From NCBI GenBank assembly GCA_050259135.1, contig JBLNAA010000138.1, positions 5,318 to 69,317 of the forward strand: a DNA stretch of 64,000 bases. Direction: 5' to 3'. This document shows, piece after piece, positions 8,803 through 18,874 of the stretch (within the stretch, counting starts at the first letter, position 1; each line of letters opens with the position of its first letter). The position numbers and the translations under genes are program-made. The stretch is from Methylocystaceae bacterium. GTDB lineage: Bacteria > Bacillota > Syntrophomonadia > Syntrophomonadales > JBLNAA01. The notes beneath the pieces were generated by a model, which did no database searches, was not told the origin of the DNA, and saw only the letters and a program-made list of their open reading frames with translations.

Positions 8803-10887
8803 GTGAGATTTTTGGCAGATAAAGTTCTGGTAATCGTTGAGTCAGCGGCCAAGGCCAAAACAATTGGCAAGTTTTTAGGCCGTAATTATGTTATTAAGGC
8901 CTCAGTCGGACATATTCGGGATTTACCGAAAAGCAGCCTGGGGGTAGATATAGACAGCGGCTTTGTTCCCCGTTATATAACCATACGGGGAAAAGGTGAA
9001 TTGTTGAAAGAAATCAAAGAAGAAGCGGCTAAAGCTGGTAAGGTGTTACTGGCAACTGACCCTGACCGGGAAGGAGAAGCAATAGCCTGGCATCTTACCC
9101 AGGCCATTAATATTAACCCGGACAGTATGTGCCGGATTGAATTCAATGAAATAACCAAAGATGCAGTTAAAAAGGCGGTAAAAAACCCGCGGGCTATTGA
9201 CATGGACCGGGTTAATGCCCAGCAGGCAAGAAGAGTGCTTGACCGTCTGGTGGGTTACAATTTGAGTCCTTTATTGTGGGCAAAAGTACGTAAGGGATTA
9301 TCGGGTGGAAGGGTGCAATCGGTTGCTGTACGGTTAATTAGCGATCGTGAAAGAGAAATACAAGATTTTATAACTGAAGAATACTGGACCATTGATGTCG
9401 AACTCCTGACAGCTGACCGTAAGAATCTAACCGTTCATTTGGTAGGCAAGGGCAAGGAAAAGCTTGATTTGCGCAATAAAGACCAGGTTGATAAGGTACT
9501 CAAAGAACTTAAGAAGCTGGACTATGTAATTACCGAGATTGATAATCGGGAAAAAAGAAGGAAGGCACTTGCTCCTTTTACGACCAGCACGATGCAGCAA
9601 GAGGCTTATCGAAAACTGGGCTTTACATCCAGCCGTACTATGAGAATCGCTCAGGAATTATATGAAGGCCTGGCTATCGGCAGTGAAGGCAATGTTGGCC
9701 TTATTACCTACCTGCGTACTGACTCAACACGGATTTCGGCTGAAGCCCAGCAGGAAGCATTGCAATATATAGAGGAGCGGTACGGATCATCCTACCGTCC
9801 GGAGAATCCCAATATTTATAAAACCAAAAAAACCGCACAGGATGCGCATGAGGCGATACGGCCTACCTCAGCTTATCGTCATCCGGATCAGATAAAGAGT
9901 TTTCTCTCCCGGGATCAGCACCGTTTATATAAATTAATATGGGAAAGATTCGTGGCATCGCAGATGAGCCCGGCGGTTTATGATACCCAGACGGTTGATG
10001 TAAAGGCTGGAAGTTATTTATTAAGGGCTAATGGGTCTATATTAAAATTCCCGGGGCATTTAGCGGTTTATCAGGATTCTGAACTCGCGGAATATGAAAA
10101 GAAAAAACTACCTCCTTTGAAAAACCAGGAAAGGCTGCAGCTGGTTCAAACTTTACCGGAACAACATTTTACCCAGCCACCACCCAGATTTACTGAAGCA
10201 ACCCTGGTTAAATTGCTGGAGGAAAAGAATATTGGCCGCCCCAGCACCTATGCGCCCATTATTGAGACCATAATAAAACGAGGTTATGTGGAAAGGAAGA
10301 ACAAACAGTTTGTTCCCACTGAGCTCGGTTATATTGTCGGCGATATCCTGTTACAGCATTTCCCGGAGATTATGGATGTTGAATTCACAGCATCAATGGA
10401 AGAAGAACTTGATGATGTCGAAGAACATGGGAAAGTATGGCAGGATACAATAACCGAATTCTGGTCCACCTTCAGTCATCGGCTGGAGGATGCAGAAGCT
10501 ACTATTGAGAAGGTGGAGATTAAACCAGAAGAAGCTGGGAAGGATTGCCCGCAGTGTGGACAGCCTTTGGTTTACCGGATGGGGAGATATGGTAAATTTA
10601 TGGCTTGTTCCGGATTCCCCGCTTGTAAGTATACGGAATCCATGGCCCAGGAAGCAGGGGTGGCGTGTCCTAAATGCGGGGCTCCTATTCTAACCTTGCG
10701 GACCAAACGCGGCAGATTATTCTATGGGTGTAAGAACTACCCGCAATGTGATTTTAAGAGCTGGAATCTGCCATCAGGACAAAAGTGTCCGGTTTGTGGA
10801 GAGTTTATGGTAGAGAAAACGGTTAAGGGTGAAAAGGCAGTTGTCTGTACTAACCCTGAATGTAAACACCAATTAATCGAGGTGTAA
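8803..10887 (+). CDS. topA: DNA topoisomerase I
   Basis: TOPRIM N-terminus (LVIVESAAKAKTIGKFLG, DPDREGEAIAWH), active-site Tyr region GLITYLRTDS, and three C-terminal CxxC...CxxC zinc ribbons. Confidence 0.95.
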   Translation: MRFLADKVLVIVESAAKAKTIGKFLGRNYVIKASVGHIRDLPKSSLGVDIDSGFVPRYITIRGKGELLKEIKEEAAKAGKVLLATDPDREGEAIAWHLTQAININPDSMCRIEFNEITKDAVKKAVKNPRAIDMDRVNAQQARRVLDRLVGYNLSPLLWAKVRKGLSGGRVQSVAVRLISDREREIQDFITEEYWTIDVELLTADRKNLTVHLVGKGKEKLDLRNKDQVDKVLKELKKLDYVITEIDNREKRRKALAPFTTSTMQQEAYRKLGFTSSRTMRIAQELYEGLAIGSEGNVGLITYLRTDSTRISAEAQQEALQYIEERYGSSYRPENPNIYKTKKTAQDAHEAIRPTSAYRHPDQIKSFLSRDQHRLYKLIWERFVASQMSPAVYDTQTVDVKAGSYLLRANGSILKFPGHLAVYQDSELAEYEKKKLPPLKNQERLQLVQTLPEQHFTQPPPRFTEATLVKLLEEKNIGRPSTYAPIIETIIKRGYVERKNKQFVPTELGYIVGDILLQHFPEIMDVEFTASMEEELDDVEEHGKVWQDTITEFWSTFSHRLEDAEATIEKVEIKPEEAGKDCPQCGQPLVYRMGRYGKFMACSGFPACKYTESMAQEAGVACPKCGAPILTLRTKRGRLFYGCKNYPQCDFKSWNLPSGQKCPVCGEFMVEKTVKGEKAVVCTNPECKHQLIEV

Positions 10888-10890
10888 CTG

Positions 10891-12195
10891 TTGCCGAAAG
10901 TTAAGGTAATCGGAGGGGGATTGGCAGGATGCGAAGCAGCCTGGCAATTAGCCCGCTCCGCTGTTGAAGTTGATCTATACGAAATGCGTCCGAATAAAAT
11001 GACAGCAGTCCATCAAACCGGTTATCTGGCCGAACTGGTTTGCTCTAATTCCTTAAAATCAGAAACTATCGATACCGCCCAGGGGTTGCTGAAAGCTGAA
11101 ATGCGGCAGCTGGGTTCAATAATCCTTGACAGTGCCGATACCTGTCGGGTACCAGCTGGCTCTGCTTTAGCAGTAGACCGGATCCATTTAGCCCAGGAGG
11201 TTACCAGACGCTTGCAGGAGGAGCCAGCGATCAATATTATTCATGAAGAAGTAACCACTGTCCCTGACGACCCTGCAATAATTGCCACCGGTCCACTAAC
11301 CGGGGGGGAATTCTGGCATAGTCTTCAGGCCTTATGTTCAGAAGAATCCCTCTTTTTTTATGATGCGGTGGCCCCTATTGTTACCGCTGATTCAATCGAT
11401 ATGCAGCGAGCTTTTAAAGCCGCCCGTTACAACAAGGGGGGTGCCGATTATATTAATTGCCCCCTGTACTGTGACGAATACGAACAATTTTATCAAGAAT
11501 TAATAACTGCTGATCAGCATGAAGGTCATATAGTAGATACCATGCAGGTATTTGAAGGATGCATGCCAGTTGAAGTTATGGCCAGCCGAGGTATTGACAC
11601 CATGCGCTATGGCCCGATGCGGCCTGTTGGCCTACCGGATCCCGTAACCGGAGAGCAATATTACGCAGTTCTGCAACTACGTCAGGAGGATCTGCATGGA
11701 AGCTTATATGGTTTAGTCGGTTTTCAAAGTCGGCTGCGCTGGACCGAGCAGGACCGAATATTCCGGCTGATACCAGCATTAAAAAATGCAGAATTTGTGC
11801 GTTACGGGGTGATGCATCGCAATTCTTACATTAATAGTCCACGTTTGCTCAGGCCAACCTTACAATTTGCCGGGCAGCCTCAGTTATTTGCGGCGGGACA
11901 GATTACCGGGGTTGAAGGATATATGGAGTCCGCTGCCAGCGGAATTATTGCAGGTATCAACATGGCGAGGTTAATTCAGGGTAAGGAACCTTGGGTTTGG
12001 CCTCGGGAAACTATGATAGGAAGCCTTATTAATTATATCTGCACCTCGCCAGGGGATAAATTGTCACCGATGAACGCAAATTTCGGCATATTACCACCAT
12101 TGGAACGAATCATAAGAAATAAAAAACAACGCTATGAAGCGTACTCCAATCGAGCGATTAGGGTTATGAAAGAATTTTCAGAATTGTTATCTTGA
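10891..12195 (+). CDS. trmFO: methylenetetrahydrofolate-tRNA-(uracil-5)-methyltransferase TrmFO (Gid)
   Basis: FAD motif VIGGGLAGCEAAWQ. Conserved order topA-trmFO-xerC-hslVU-codY. Confidence 0.95.
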   Translation: MPKVKVIGGGLAGCEAAWQLARSAVEVDLYEMRPNKMTAVHQTGYLAELVCSNSLKSETIDTAQGLLKAEMRQLGSIILDSADTCRVPAGSALAVDRIHLAQEVTRRLQEEPAINIIHEEVTTVPDDPAIIATGPLTGGEFWHSLQALCSEESLFFYDAVAPIVTADSIDMQRAFKAARYNKGGADYINCPLYCDEYEQFYQELITADQHEGHIVDTMQVFEGCMPVEVMASRGIDTMRYGPMRPVGLPDPVTGEQYYAVLQLRQEDLHGSLYGLVGFQSRLRWTEQDRIFRLIPALKNAEFVRYGVMHRNSYINSPRLLRPTLQFAGQPQLFAAGQITGVEGYMESAASGIIAGINMARLIQGKEPWVWPRETMIGSLINYICTSPGDKLSPMNANFGILPPLERIIRNKKQRYEAYSNRAIRVMKEFSELLS

Positions 12196-12199
12196 TAGG

Positions 12200-13168
12200 T
12201 TGTCAGCTATTTTGTCGTATGATATTTTGATATTAGGCGGTGTTTTTGGGGGAATTGTATTGTTATATCAATATGTTGAGAACTTTTTGAACCATATGCG
12301 GGTCGAAAAAGGTGCCTCAAACATGACTATTATAAGTTATCGTACAGATCTGGCGCAGTTTTTTGATTTCATTGCCGGCCTCTATCGTATCCAGCAGCAG
12401 GAAATAGATGTTGATCAGATAAATCATCGTTCGGTACGAGAATACCTGAGTCATCTCCAAAACATGGGCTTAAGCCGTTCCACTACCGCCCGTAAATTAG
12501 CAGCACTTCGTTCATTTATCAAATTTCTTTGCCGGGAAGAAATATTACCGGGTAACCCCATTGCCACTGTATCAACTCCTAAGCAGGAAAAAAAGCTTCC
12601 GCGCTTCTTGTATCCGGCGGAAGTCGATATATTGTTGAATGCCCCCAAATCTGAGGAGCCGCTGGGTAACCGTGACCGAGCAATATTGGAGCTTCTTTAT
12701 GCTACCGGGATGCGGGTCAGTGAATTAGTGGCTTTGGATTTACGTGATATCGATACCGGAGACGGTTTTGTTAAGGTATATGGGAAGGGATCGAAAGAAC
12801 GGCTTATTCCCATGGGAGAGAAAGCTCTGCAAGCCATAACGATCTATGTAAAACAATACCGTAAGCAGTTGGGAAATGGGTTTCATGATCCAACTGCATT
12901 ATTTTTAAATCGATTTGGTCAACGGTTAACCACCCGAAGTGTCCGCAATATAATTAACAAATATGTAGAACAAGTGGCAATAAACCAAAAAGTGTCCCCG
13001 CATACATTGCGTCATACATTTGCTACTCATTTATTAGATGGCGGTGCTGATTTGAGAGCCGTACAAGAAATGCTGGGACACGTAAAATTGTCAACTACCC
13101 AGGTATATACCCATCTGACCCGAGAGCGATTAAAAACAGTACATAATAACGCATTACCACGGAGGTAG
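12200..13168 (+). CDS. xerC: tyrosine recombinase XerC (CodV-like)
   Basis: [21 protein letters not shown] and [14 protein letters not shown] (R-H-R-Y catalytic set). True start may be TTG 12260, which follows GGGGGA. Confidence 0.9.
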   Translation: MSAILSYDILILGGVFGGIVLLYQYVENFLNHMRVEKGASNMTIISYRTDLAQFFDFIAGLYRIQQQEIDVDQINHRSVREYLSHLQNMGLSRSTTARKLAALRSFIKFLCREEILPGNPIATVSTPKQEKKLPRFLYPAEVDILLNAPKSEEPLGNRDRAILELLYATGMRVSELVALDLRDIDTGDGFVKVYGKGSKERLIPMGEKALQAITIYVKQYRKQLGNGFHDPTALFLNRFGQRLTTRSVRNIINKYVEQVAINQKVSPHTLRHTFATHLLDGGADLRAVQEMLGHVKLSTTQVYTHLTRERLKTVHNNALPRR

Positions 13169-13172
13169 TTTT

Positions 13173-13703
13173 ATGTTTGAAGCTACAACCATAGTTGCCG
13201 TATCACAAAATGGACAGGCAGCCATGGCCGGAGATGGTCAGGTCACAGTAGGTCAGAATACCATTATGAAGGGTCAAGCCCGAAAGGTTCGACGGATTTA
13301 TGACGGCAAAGTAGTTGCCGGTTTTGCTGGTTCGGTAGCTGATGCCTTTACCCTGTTTTCTAAATTTGAGGATAAACTGCGCGAACATGGAGGTAATCTG
13401 ATTCGGGCAGCGGTGGAAGTTGCAAAAGAATGGCGGAGCGATCGCGTCCTTAGACACCTTGAGGCCATGATGATTGTAATGGATAAAGATAATATGCTGC
13501 TTATTTCAGGAACTGGTGAGGTAATTGAGCCTGATGATGGTATATTAGCTATCGGTTCCGGAGGTACTTATGCGCTGGCGGCCGCCCGTGCTTTATGTCG
13601 GCATACTGATATGACGGTCGATATGATAGTAACTGAAGCAATGAAAATTGCTTCGGAAATATGTGTATATACCAATGATCAATTAACCGTCGAAAAATTA
13701 TAG
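13173..13703 (+). CDS. hslV: ATP-dependent protease subunit HslV (ClpQ)
   Basis: N-terminal ..ATTIVAV catalytic Thr region, GDGQVT and GSGG motifs. Confidence 0.95.
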   Translation: MFEATTIVAVSQNGQAAMAGDGQVTVGQNTIMKGQARKVRRIYDGKVVAGFAGSVADAFTLFSKFEDKLREHGGNLIRAAVEVAKEWRSDRVLRHLEAMMIVMDKDNMLLISGTGEVIEPDDGILAIGSGGTYALAAARALCRHTDMTVDMIVTEAMKIASEICVYTNDQLTVEKL

Positions 13704-13722
13704 TTTACGGGAGTTATAAGCG

Positions 13723-15120
13723 ATGATAGATCTAACGCCCCAACAAATAGTGGATGAACTTGATCGCTACATTGTCGGGCAGCATGCGGCCAAAAAAGCG
13801 GTAGCAATTGCGCTTCGCAACCGCTACCGCCGTCAACGTCTGCCTGAAGATATCAGGGACGAAGTTTATCCCAAGAATATCATAATGATCGGCCCTACCG
13901 GTGTTGGCAAAACTGAGATTGCCAGAAGGCTGGCCCGTTTAGAGAATGCACCGTTTATCAAGGTGGAAGCTTCCAAATTTACAGAGGTTGGATATGTGGG
14001 CCGCGATGTCGAATCCATAATTCGTGATTTGATTGAATACGCCATAAGGTTAGTTAAAAATGAACAAACCGAAGTAGTAGCAGACCAGGCGCAAAAGTTA
14101 GCCAATGGGCGAATATTAGATTATTTTTGCCCGCCGCCCCATATGAAATCACGAATGCCTAAAAATCCCCTGGAACTATTATGGCCGGCAATGGGTGATA
14201 ACAATCGTACCCAAATCGACAGTGATGAACAGCAAAGATACAATCAGGAGCAAGAAATATGGCGCCAAAAGCTGAATCGCCAGGAGTTGGAAGACGAGGT
14301 TATCGAGATTGATGTGGAGGAGAAATCTGCCTCCTTTATGGAAATCTTCTCCGGTGCAGGAGTCGAAGAGATGGGCATCAATCTTCAGGATATGCTCGGT
14401 GGTGTACTTCCCCGTAATAAAAAGAAAAGAAAGCTTACGGTAGCCGAAGCCCGGCCGGTTTTAGCCGCTGAAGAAGCGCAAAAGTTGCTTGATATGGAAG
14501 GTATAGCCCGAGAGGCAGTGAATCGGGTTGAAAATAACGGAATTGTCTTTTTAGATGAAATCGATAAGATTGCGACAAAAGATGGGGGCTATGGTCCCGA
14601 TGTTTCGAGGGGAGGAGTACAGAGAGATATTTTACCGATAGTTGAGGGATCAACGGTAATGACGAAATATGGTCCAGTCAAAACCGATCATATACTCTTT
14701 ATTGCTGCTGGCGCCTTTCATTCATGCAAACCGTCAGATCTGATGCCTGAATTACAGGGGCGTTTCCCTATCAGAGTAGAACTAAGCCCGCTTGGCCGTG
14801 AGGAATTTATCCGGATATTAACTGAACCGGACAATGCAATAATTAAACAGTACCGAGCCTTATTAGCTACTGAAAATGTTGAAATTGAGTTTACTGAAGA
14901 CGGCCTTCAGTATATTGCCGAAATTGCGTGTGAAGTAAATAGTAAAACTGAAAATATCGGAGCCCGCAGGTTACACACTGTGCTGGAAAAGGTTATGGAG
15001 GATTTGCTTTTTGAGTCCCCTCAGATGGAAGGCCAAAAAATTGTGATAGACCGTTCTTATGTGAGCTTGAGGTTGGCAGATATTGCAGGTGACGAAGATT
15101 TGAGTCGATATATTCTTTAA
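13723..15120 (+). CDS. hslU: ATP-dependent protease ATPase subunit HslU (ClpY)
   Basis: Walker [16 protein letters not shown], Walker [10 protein letters not shown], with an inserted I-domain. Confidence 0.95.
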   Translation: MIDLTPQQIVDELDRYIVGQHAAKKAVAIALRNRYRRQRLPEDIRDEVYPKNIIMIGPTGVGKTEIARRLARLENAPFIKVEASKFTEVGYVGRDVESIIRDLIEYAIRLVKNEQTEVVADQAQKLANGRILDYFCPPPHMKSRMPKNPLELLWPAMGDNNRTQIDSDEQQRYNQEQEIWRQKLNRQELEDEVIEIDVEEKSASFMEIFSGAGVEEMGINLQDMLGGVLPRNKKKRKLTVAEARPVLAAEEAQKLLDMEGIAREAVNRVENNGIVFLDEIDKIATKDGGYGPDVSRGGVQRDILPIVEGSTVMTKYGPVKTDHILFIAAGAFHSCKPSDLMPELQGRFPIRVELSPLGREEFIRILTEPDNAIIKQYRALLATENVEIEFTEDGLQYIAEIACEVNSKTENIGARRLHTVLEKVMEDLLFESPQMEGQKIVIDRSYVSLRLADIAGDEDLSRYIL

Positions 15121-15144
15121 GGGAATTAAGGAGGAAGATAGTAA

Positions 15145-15924
15145 ATGAAAAGATCCTTGCTCGAGAGATCCCGATCGATTAATAAGATATTGCAGAAGCT
15201 GCCTGGTAATCCTATTGATTACAGTGAAATGGCCAGGGTATTCTCCGAGTATTTGGAATGTAATGTTTATGTGATTGGTAAACGCGGAGAGCTGGGCGGC
15301 TTTTCATTTTATGAAAGCACCTGTCCGGAAATAGAGCAGGTTGCTGTTCCTAATCAGCGTATCCCTGAAAGTTTCAATCAAGAATTGCTTAATGTCCAGG
15401 AAACCAGAACTAATTTTAAACTTGAAGGACGCAAATGCTTTTTTAATACCGAAAACATTTCCTGTGATTGCTCCAGCAAAACCTATACGGTAGTGCCGGT
15501 ATTCAGCGGCGGACGTCGTCTTGGCACCCTGGTATTATCTAAGCAGGAGGATAAATTTTCGGAAGATGATATTGTATTAGCCGAGTATGGTTCAATTTTG
15601 GTATCGAATGAAGTTATGCGGGTACGCTCGGAAAGAATCGAAGAGGAAGCCCGGAGAAAAGCAGCCGTACAGATTGCTTTGGCCACTTTGTCTTACTCAG
15701 AAAGAGAAGCCATTGAACACATATTGGCTGAGCTCAATGGCAACGAGGGATTGTTAGTTGCCAGCCGTATTGCAGATGAGGTTGGCATTACCAGATCAGT
15801 TATTGTAAGTGCTTTAAGAAAATTTGAAAGCGCTGGGGTAATTGAATCGCGGTCACTGGGCATGAAAGGTACTTATATAAAAGTCCTGAATAATTATGTA
15901 TTCCAGGAACTGGCAAAGAACTAG
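15145..15924 (+). CDS. codY: GTP/BCAA-sensing global regulator CodY
   Basis: GAF-like N-domain and C-terminal wHTH ASRIADEVGITRSVIVSALRKFESAG. Positioned immediately upstream of fla/che, as in B. subtilis. Confidence 0.95.
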   Translation: MKRSLLERSRSINKILQKLPGNPIDYSEMARVFSEYLECNVYVIGKRGELGGFSFYESTCPEIEQVAVPNQRIPESFNQELLNVQETRTNFKLEGRKCFFNTENISCDCSSKTYTVVPVFSGGRRLGTLVLSKQEDKFSEDDIVLAEYGSILVSNEVMRVRSERIEEEARRKAAVQIALATLSYSEREAIEHILAELNGNEGLLVASRIADEVGITRSVIVSALRKFESAGVIESRSLGMKGTYIKVLNNYVFQELAKN

Positions 15925-16007
15925 GCTAAACATCCTAAGCCGTATTACTTGTGGTTTTATCGATGATTAATTGGATATCTTGTGGGTTATAAGAAGGATT
16001 TTATACA

Positions 16008-16026
16008 AATTTATCGAAGATAAATT
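16008..16026. promoter_or_regulatory. perfect 8-3-8 inverted repeat AATTTATC-GAA-GATAAATT, candidate operator 28 nt upstream of the flgB ATG
   Basis: Read directly from the sequence. A 15/17 direct-repeat copy of one half (TTTATCGATGATTAATT) lies at 15956-15972. Confidence 0.4.
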
Positions 16027-16053
16027 CAATTGTGTAATTTTGAAGGTGAAGGT

Positions 16054-16476
16054 ATGCGTATTTTTGATGACAAACAGACCATAGTACTGGAAAAAGCCAT
16101 GGATGGATCATACATGCGCCAGGAAGCAATTAATAACAACCTGGCCAATGTTGATACGCCCAATTTTAAAAGAACTGAGGTAAGTTTTCAAAATCAATTA
16201 CGACAGTTTATGACCGGGGAAGCCCCAACCGACGACACCCTGTTATTAAAACGCACTCATACCAAACATCTTCAACTTCCCCATAGTGAACCGGGATATG
16301 ATCCTGAAGCAACAGTAATTGAAGATTGGGTACAGCGTAATAGTGGAAACAATGTTGATGTCGATGTGGAAATGGCTGAGCAAGCTAAAAACTCGATGTA
16401 TTATGATGCAGTGTCCACGGGGCTTGATTTTCGATTTCGCTCGTTGGCTACGGTTATAACTGAGGGGAGAAAGTAA
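16054..16476 (+). CDS. flgB: flagellar basal-body rod protein FlgB
   Basis: Rod N-terminal motif NNLANVDTPNFKR. ATG 16054 follows GAAGGTGAAGG; the track TTG at 16030 is probably too early. Confidence 0.9.
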   Translation: MRIFDDKQTIVLEKAMDGSYMRQEAINNNLANVDTPNFKRTEVSFQNQLRQFMTGEAPTDDTLLLKRTHTKHLQLPHSEPGYDPEATVIEDWVQRNSGNNVDVDVEMAEQAKNSMYYDAVSTGLDFRFRSLATVITEGRK

Positions 16477-16944
16477 ATGGGCCTTTTTAATTCTATCGAT
16501 GTAAGTGCGTCAGGTCTTACTGCCCAGCGCTTACGGTTAGATACTATCGCCAGTAATCTGGCTAATGCCAGTACCACCCGAACTACTAAAATAGGGCCTG
16601 ATGGTAAACCATTGCCCTATCGCCGACAAATGGTCATTTTTGAGGCCATGCCTGGAGAAAAACGCAGCTTTTCCAACGTGCTGAAAAATGAAATAGAAGC
16701 AGCCAAAATCGGTAATGGGGTTAGAGTAAAAGCGGTGGTTGAGGACTTGGAGACACCATTACGCCGCGTTTATGATCCCAGTCATCCAGATGCTGACGCC
16801 GAGGGGTATGTAAATTACCCTAATGTTAACCCGGTTACAGAAATGGTTGATATGATTGATACTACCCGATCTTATGAAGCTAATGCCCAGGCGATCAATG
16901 CGGTAAAAAGCATGGTGTCCAAGGCATTGGATTTAGCGAGATAG
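16477..16944 (+). CDS. flgC: flagellar basal-body rod protein FlgC
   Basis: SGLTAQRLRLDTIASNLANAST and C-terminal RSYEANAQAI. Confidence 0.95.
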   Translation: MGLFNSIDVSASGLTAQRLRLDTIASNLANASTTRTTKIGPDGKPLPYRRQMVIFEAMPGEKRSFSNVLKNEIEAAKIGNGVRVKAVVEDLETPLRRVYDPSHPDADAEGYVNYPNVNPVTEMVDMIDTTRSYEANAQAINAVKSMVSKALDLAR

Positions 16945-16957
16945 GGGGGGATAGGAT

Positions 16958-17269
16958 ATGAAAGTTACTGAAATGTCCTTAAAGGCTCTGACACCGATGG
17001 AAAATCCCTTTTTTAAAACCAATGTCGAAGTTGCAGAAGACAAGCCAGTTGAAAGCTTTGCCAACTTATTGCAGCAGAAGCTGAATGAGGTTGATACCTT
17101 ACAAAAGGACGCTGCTGACCAAGCGACTCGGGTTGCCACCGGCGATGCCGAATATATCCATCAAGCAATAATTGCACAAGAAAAGGCATACTTGGCTCTC
17201 CAATTAACAGTTGAAGTACGCAACAAACTGGTGGAAGCTTATCAGGAAATTTCGAGAATGCAGATGTAA
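16958..17269 (+). CDS. fliE: flagellar hook-basal body complex protein FliE
   Basis: Size, position and FliE-like C-terminus (..VEVRNKLVEAYQEISRMQM). Confidence 0.9.
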   Translation: MKVTEMSLKALTPMENPFFKTNVEVAEDKPVESFANLLQQKLNEVDTLQKDAADQATRVATGDAEYIHQAIIAQEKAYLALQLTVEVRNKLVEAYQEISRMQM

Positions 17270-17294
17270 GTTATGGATGAGGTGAGTTAAGGGG

Positions 17295-18869
17295 ATGGGG
17301 GAGCGCACACAAGCTCTTAAGGAATGGGGAGCCGGATTATTAAATCGCTGGAAAGAACTTGGGTTAAATCAAAAAGTACTGATTGCTGGTGCTGCATTAC
17401 TATTACTGGTGGCAGCACTAATGCTTATCATGGATACCAACCGCACACAATGGGCACCTCTTTACACTAACCTATCTACTGAAGACGCCGCCGCGATAAG
17501 AGCGAAATTAGCTGATTTAAAGGTTGAATACCAAATTACAGGTAATGGTACCGTAATCGAGGTTCCAGCTGACCAAAAGTATGATGTCCGGCTGCAGTTA
17601 GCATCAGATGGATTACCCAAGAGCGTAGCCGGATTTGAAACTTTTAATGACAGCAAATTTGGTGAGACGGAAACCGATAAAAAGGTAAAATATCAGGCTG
17701 CCTTACAGGGAGAAATCACCCGTACTATCATGAGCATCGATAAGGTACAGGAAGCCCGGGTTAATTTAGCAATACCGGAGCGAAGTCTTTTCGAGTCCAG
17801 GGATATTCCTCCTACCGCCTCCGTAATGGTTAAGTGCAAATCGGGGGAGCAGCTAACCAGTAAAGAGGTTAACGGCATTATCCATCTGGTGGCCAACAGC
17901 GTGGAAAGACTGACTCCAGAAAATGTTTTCGTAATCGACGAACACGGGAATCCGGTTTCCATAGGCGCCCAGGATGGAAGTACCGATGATGCGAACCAGC
18001 TGACTGCTGAGCAGCTGCGGATGAAACGACAGTTTGAAGTTGAAAAGGAAGATGCCATTCAGAGTATGCTTGATACCACTTTAGGTAAAGGGCATGCCGT
18101 AGTTCGGGTTAGTGTTGACCTTAATTTTGATAAGATTGAATCCTTTAAGGAGGATTATGATCCAGAGCAGCGAGTAATAGTCAGTCAGCATAAACTCGAT
18201 GAAACCACCACTACCGTTAACAATACGCCGGAAGCAGTTCCGGGAGTGGGCAGCAATGTACCCCAATATCAGACTCCAACCGGAACCACATCAACCGTGT
18301 CCAGTGAAAAGTCAGAAAGCACCACCAATTATGAAGGTGACAAAACCCAAACTAAAACCGAAGTTGCCCCAGGATCAGTGAGAAAGCTAACCGTGGGGGT
18401 GCTGCTCGATAAGTCATATGAAACTCAGTCGCAGGGTATTGCCGATGCAGTTGCCAGCGCTGCCGGCGCCCAGATAACACCTGTACCTCCAGAGACGGCT
18501 GCCCGGGATACGGTTACAGTATCAGTAGTAAACTTCTACCAGCCGGCGCCAGTAGCGAAAGCGAGCACGGCTCAGATCATGCAACAATACTGGTGGCTGT
18601 GGCTGATCCTGCTGCTGTTATTAGTTGGCCTGATTATTATGCTGTGGCGGAGAAGAAAGGCTGAAGAAAGTGGCCAGGTTGAGGTCGAGCCTTTATTTGA
18701 TACCACGGTAGATGAGGAATTAACCATGGAAGAAATCATTGAAGAGGCGCTAACTCCTGAGGAGAAGGAAAGACGCCGCATTCGTGAGGAAATCGATAAA
18801 TTGATTGAGAATGCTCCTGAAAACGCATCTCAGGTACTCCGTACCTGGTTAATGGAAGATGAGAGGTGA
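17295..18869 (+). CDS. fliF: flagellar MS-ring protein FliF
   Basis: N-terminal TM, YscJ/FliF periplasmic region, second TM (WWLWLILLLLLVGLIIMLW) and an acidic FliG-binding tail. Confidence 0.95.
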   Translation: MGERTQALKEWGAGLLNRWKELGLNQKVLIAGAALLLLVAALMLIMDTNRTQWAPLYTNLSTEDAAAIRAKLADLKVEYQITGNGTVIEVPADQKYDVRLQLASDGLPKSVAGFETFNDSKFGETETDKKVKYQAALQGEITRTIMSIDKVQEARVNLAIPERSLFESRDIPPTASVMVKCKSGEQLTSKEVNGIIHLVANSVERLTPENVFVIDEHGNPVSIGAQDGSTDDANQLTAEQLRMKRQFEVEKEDAIQSMLDTTLGKGHAVVRVSVDLNFDKIESFKEDYDPEQRVIVSQHKLDETTTTVNNTPEAVPGVGSNVPQYQTPTGTTSTVSSEKSESTTNYEGDKTQTKTEVAPGSVRKLTVGVLLDKSYETQSQGIADAVASAAGAQITPVPPETAARDTVTVSVVNFYQPAPVAKASTAQIMQQYWWLWLILLLLLVGLIIMLWRRRKAEESGQVEVEPLFDTTVDEELTMEEIIEEALTPEEKERRRIREEIDKLIENAPENASQVLRTWLMEDER

Positions 18870-18874
18870 TCTAG

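Noticed and set aside
12200-13168. Tyrosine recombinase as a marker of an integrated mobile element
   Set aside because: The trmFO-xerC-hslV-hslU-codY context is the conserved chromosomal CodV/XerC locus. No att-like repeats or phage or transposon genes flank it.
15925-16053. c-di-GMP riboswitch, invertible flagellar switch, or sigma-D promoter upstream of flgB
   Set aside because: The ~130-nt AT-rich region has no GEMM-like conserved core and no long flanking inverted repeats. The only TAAA/GCCGTATT pair is spaced 8 nt rather than ~15. No convincing sigma-A -35/-10 pair could be called either.
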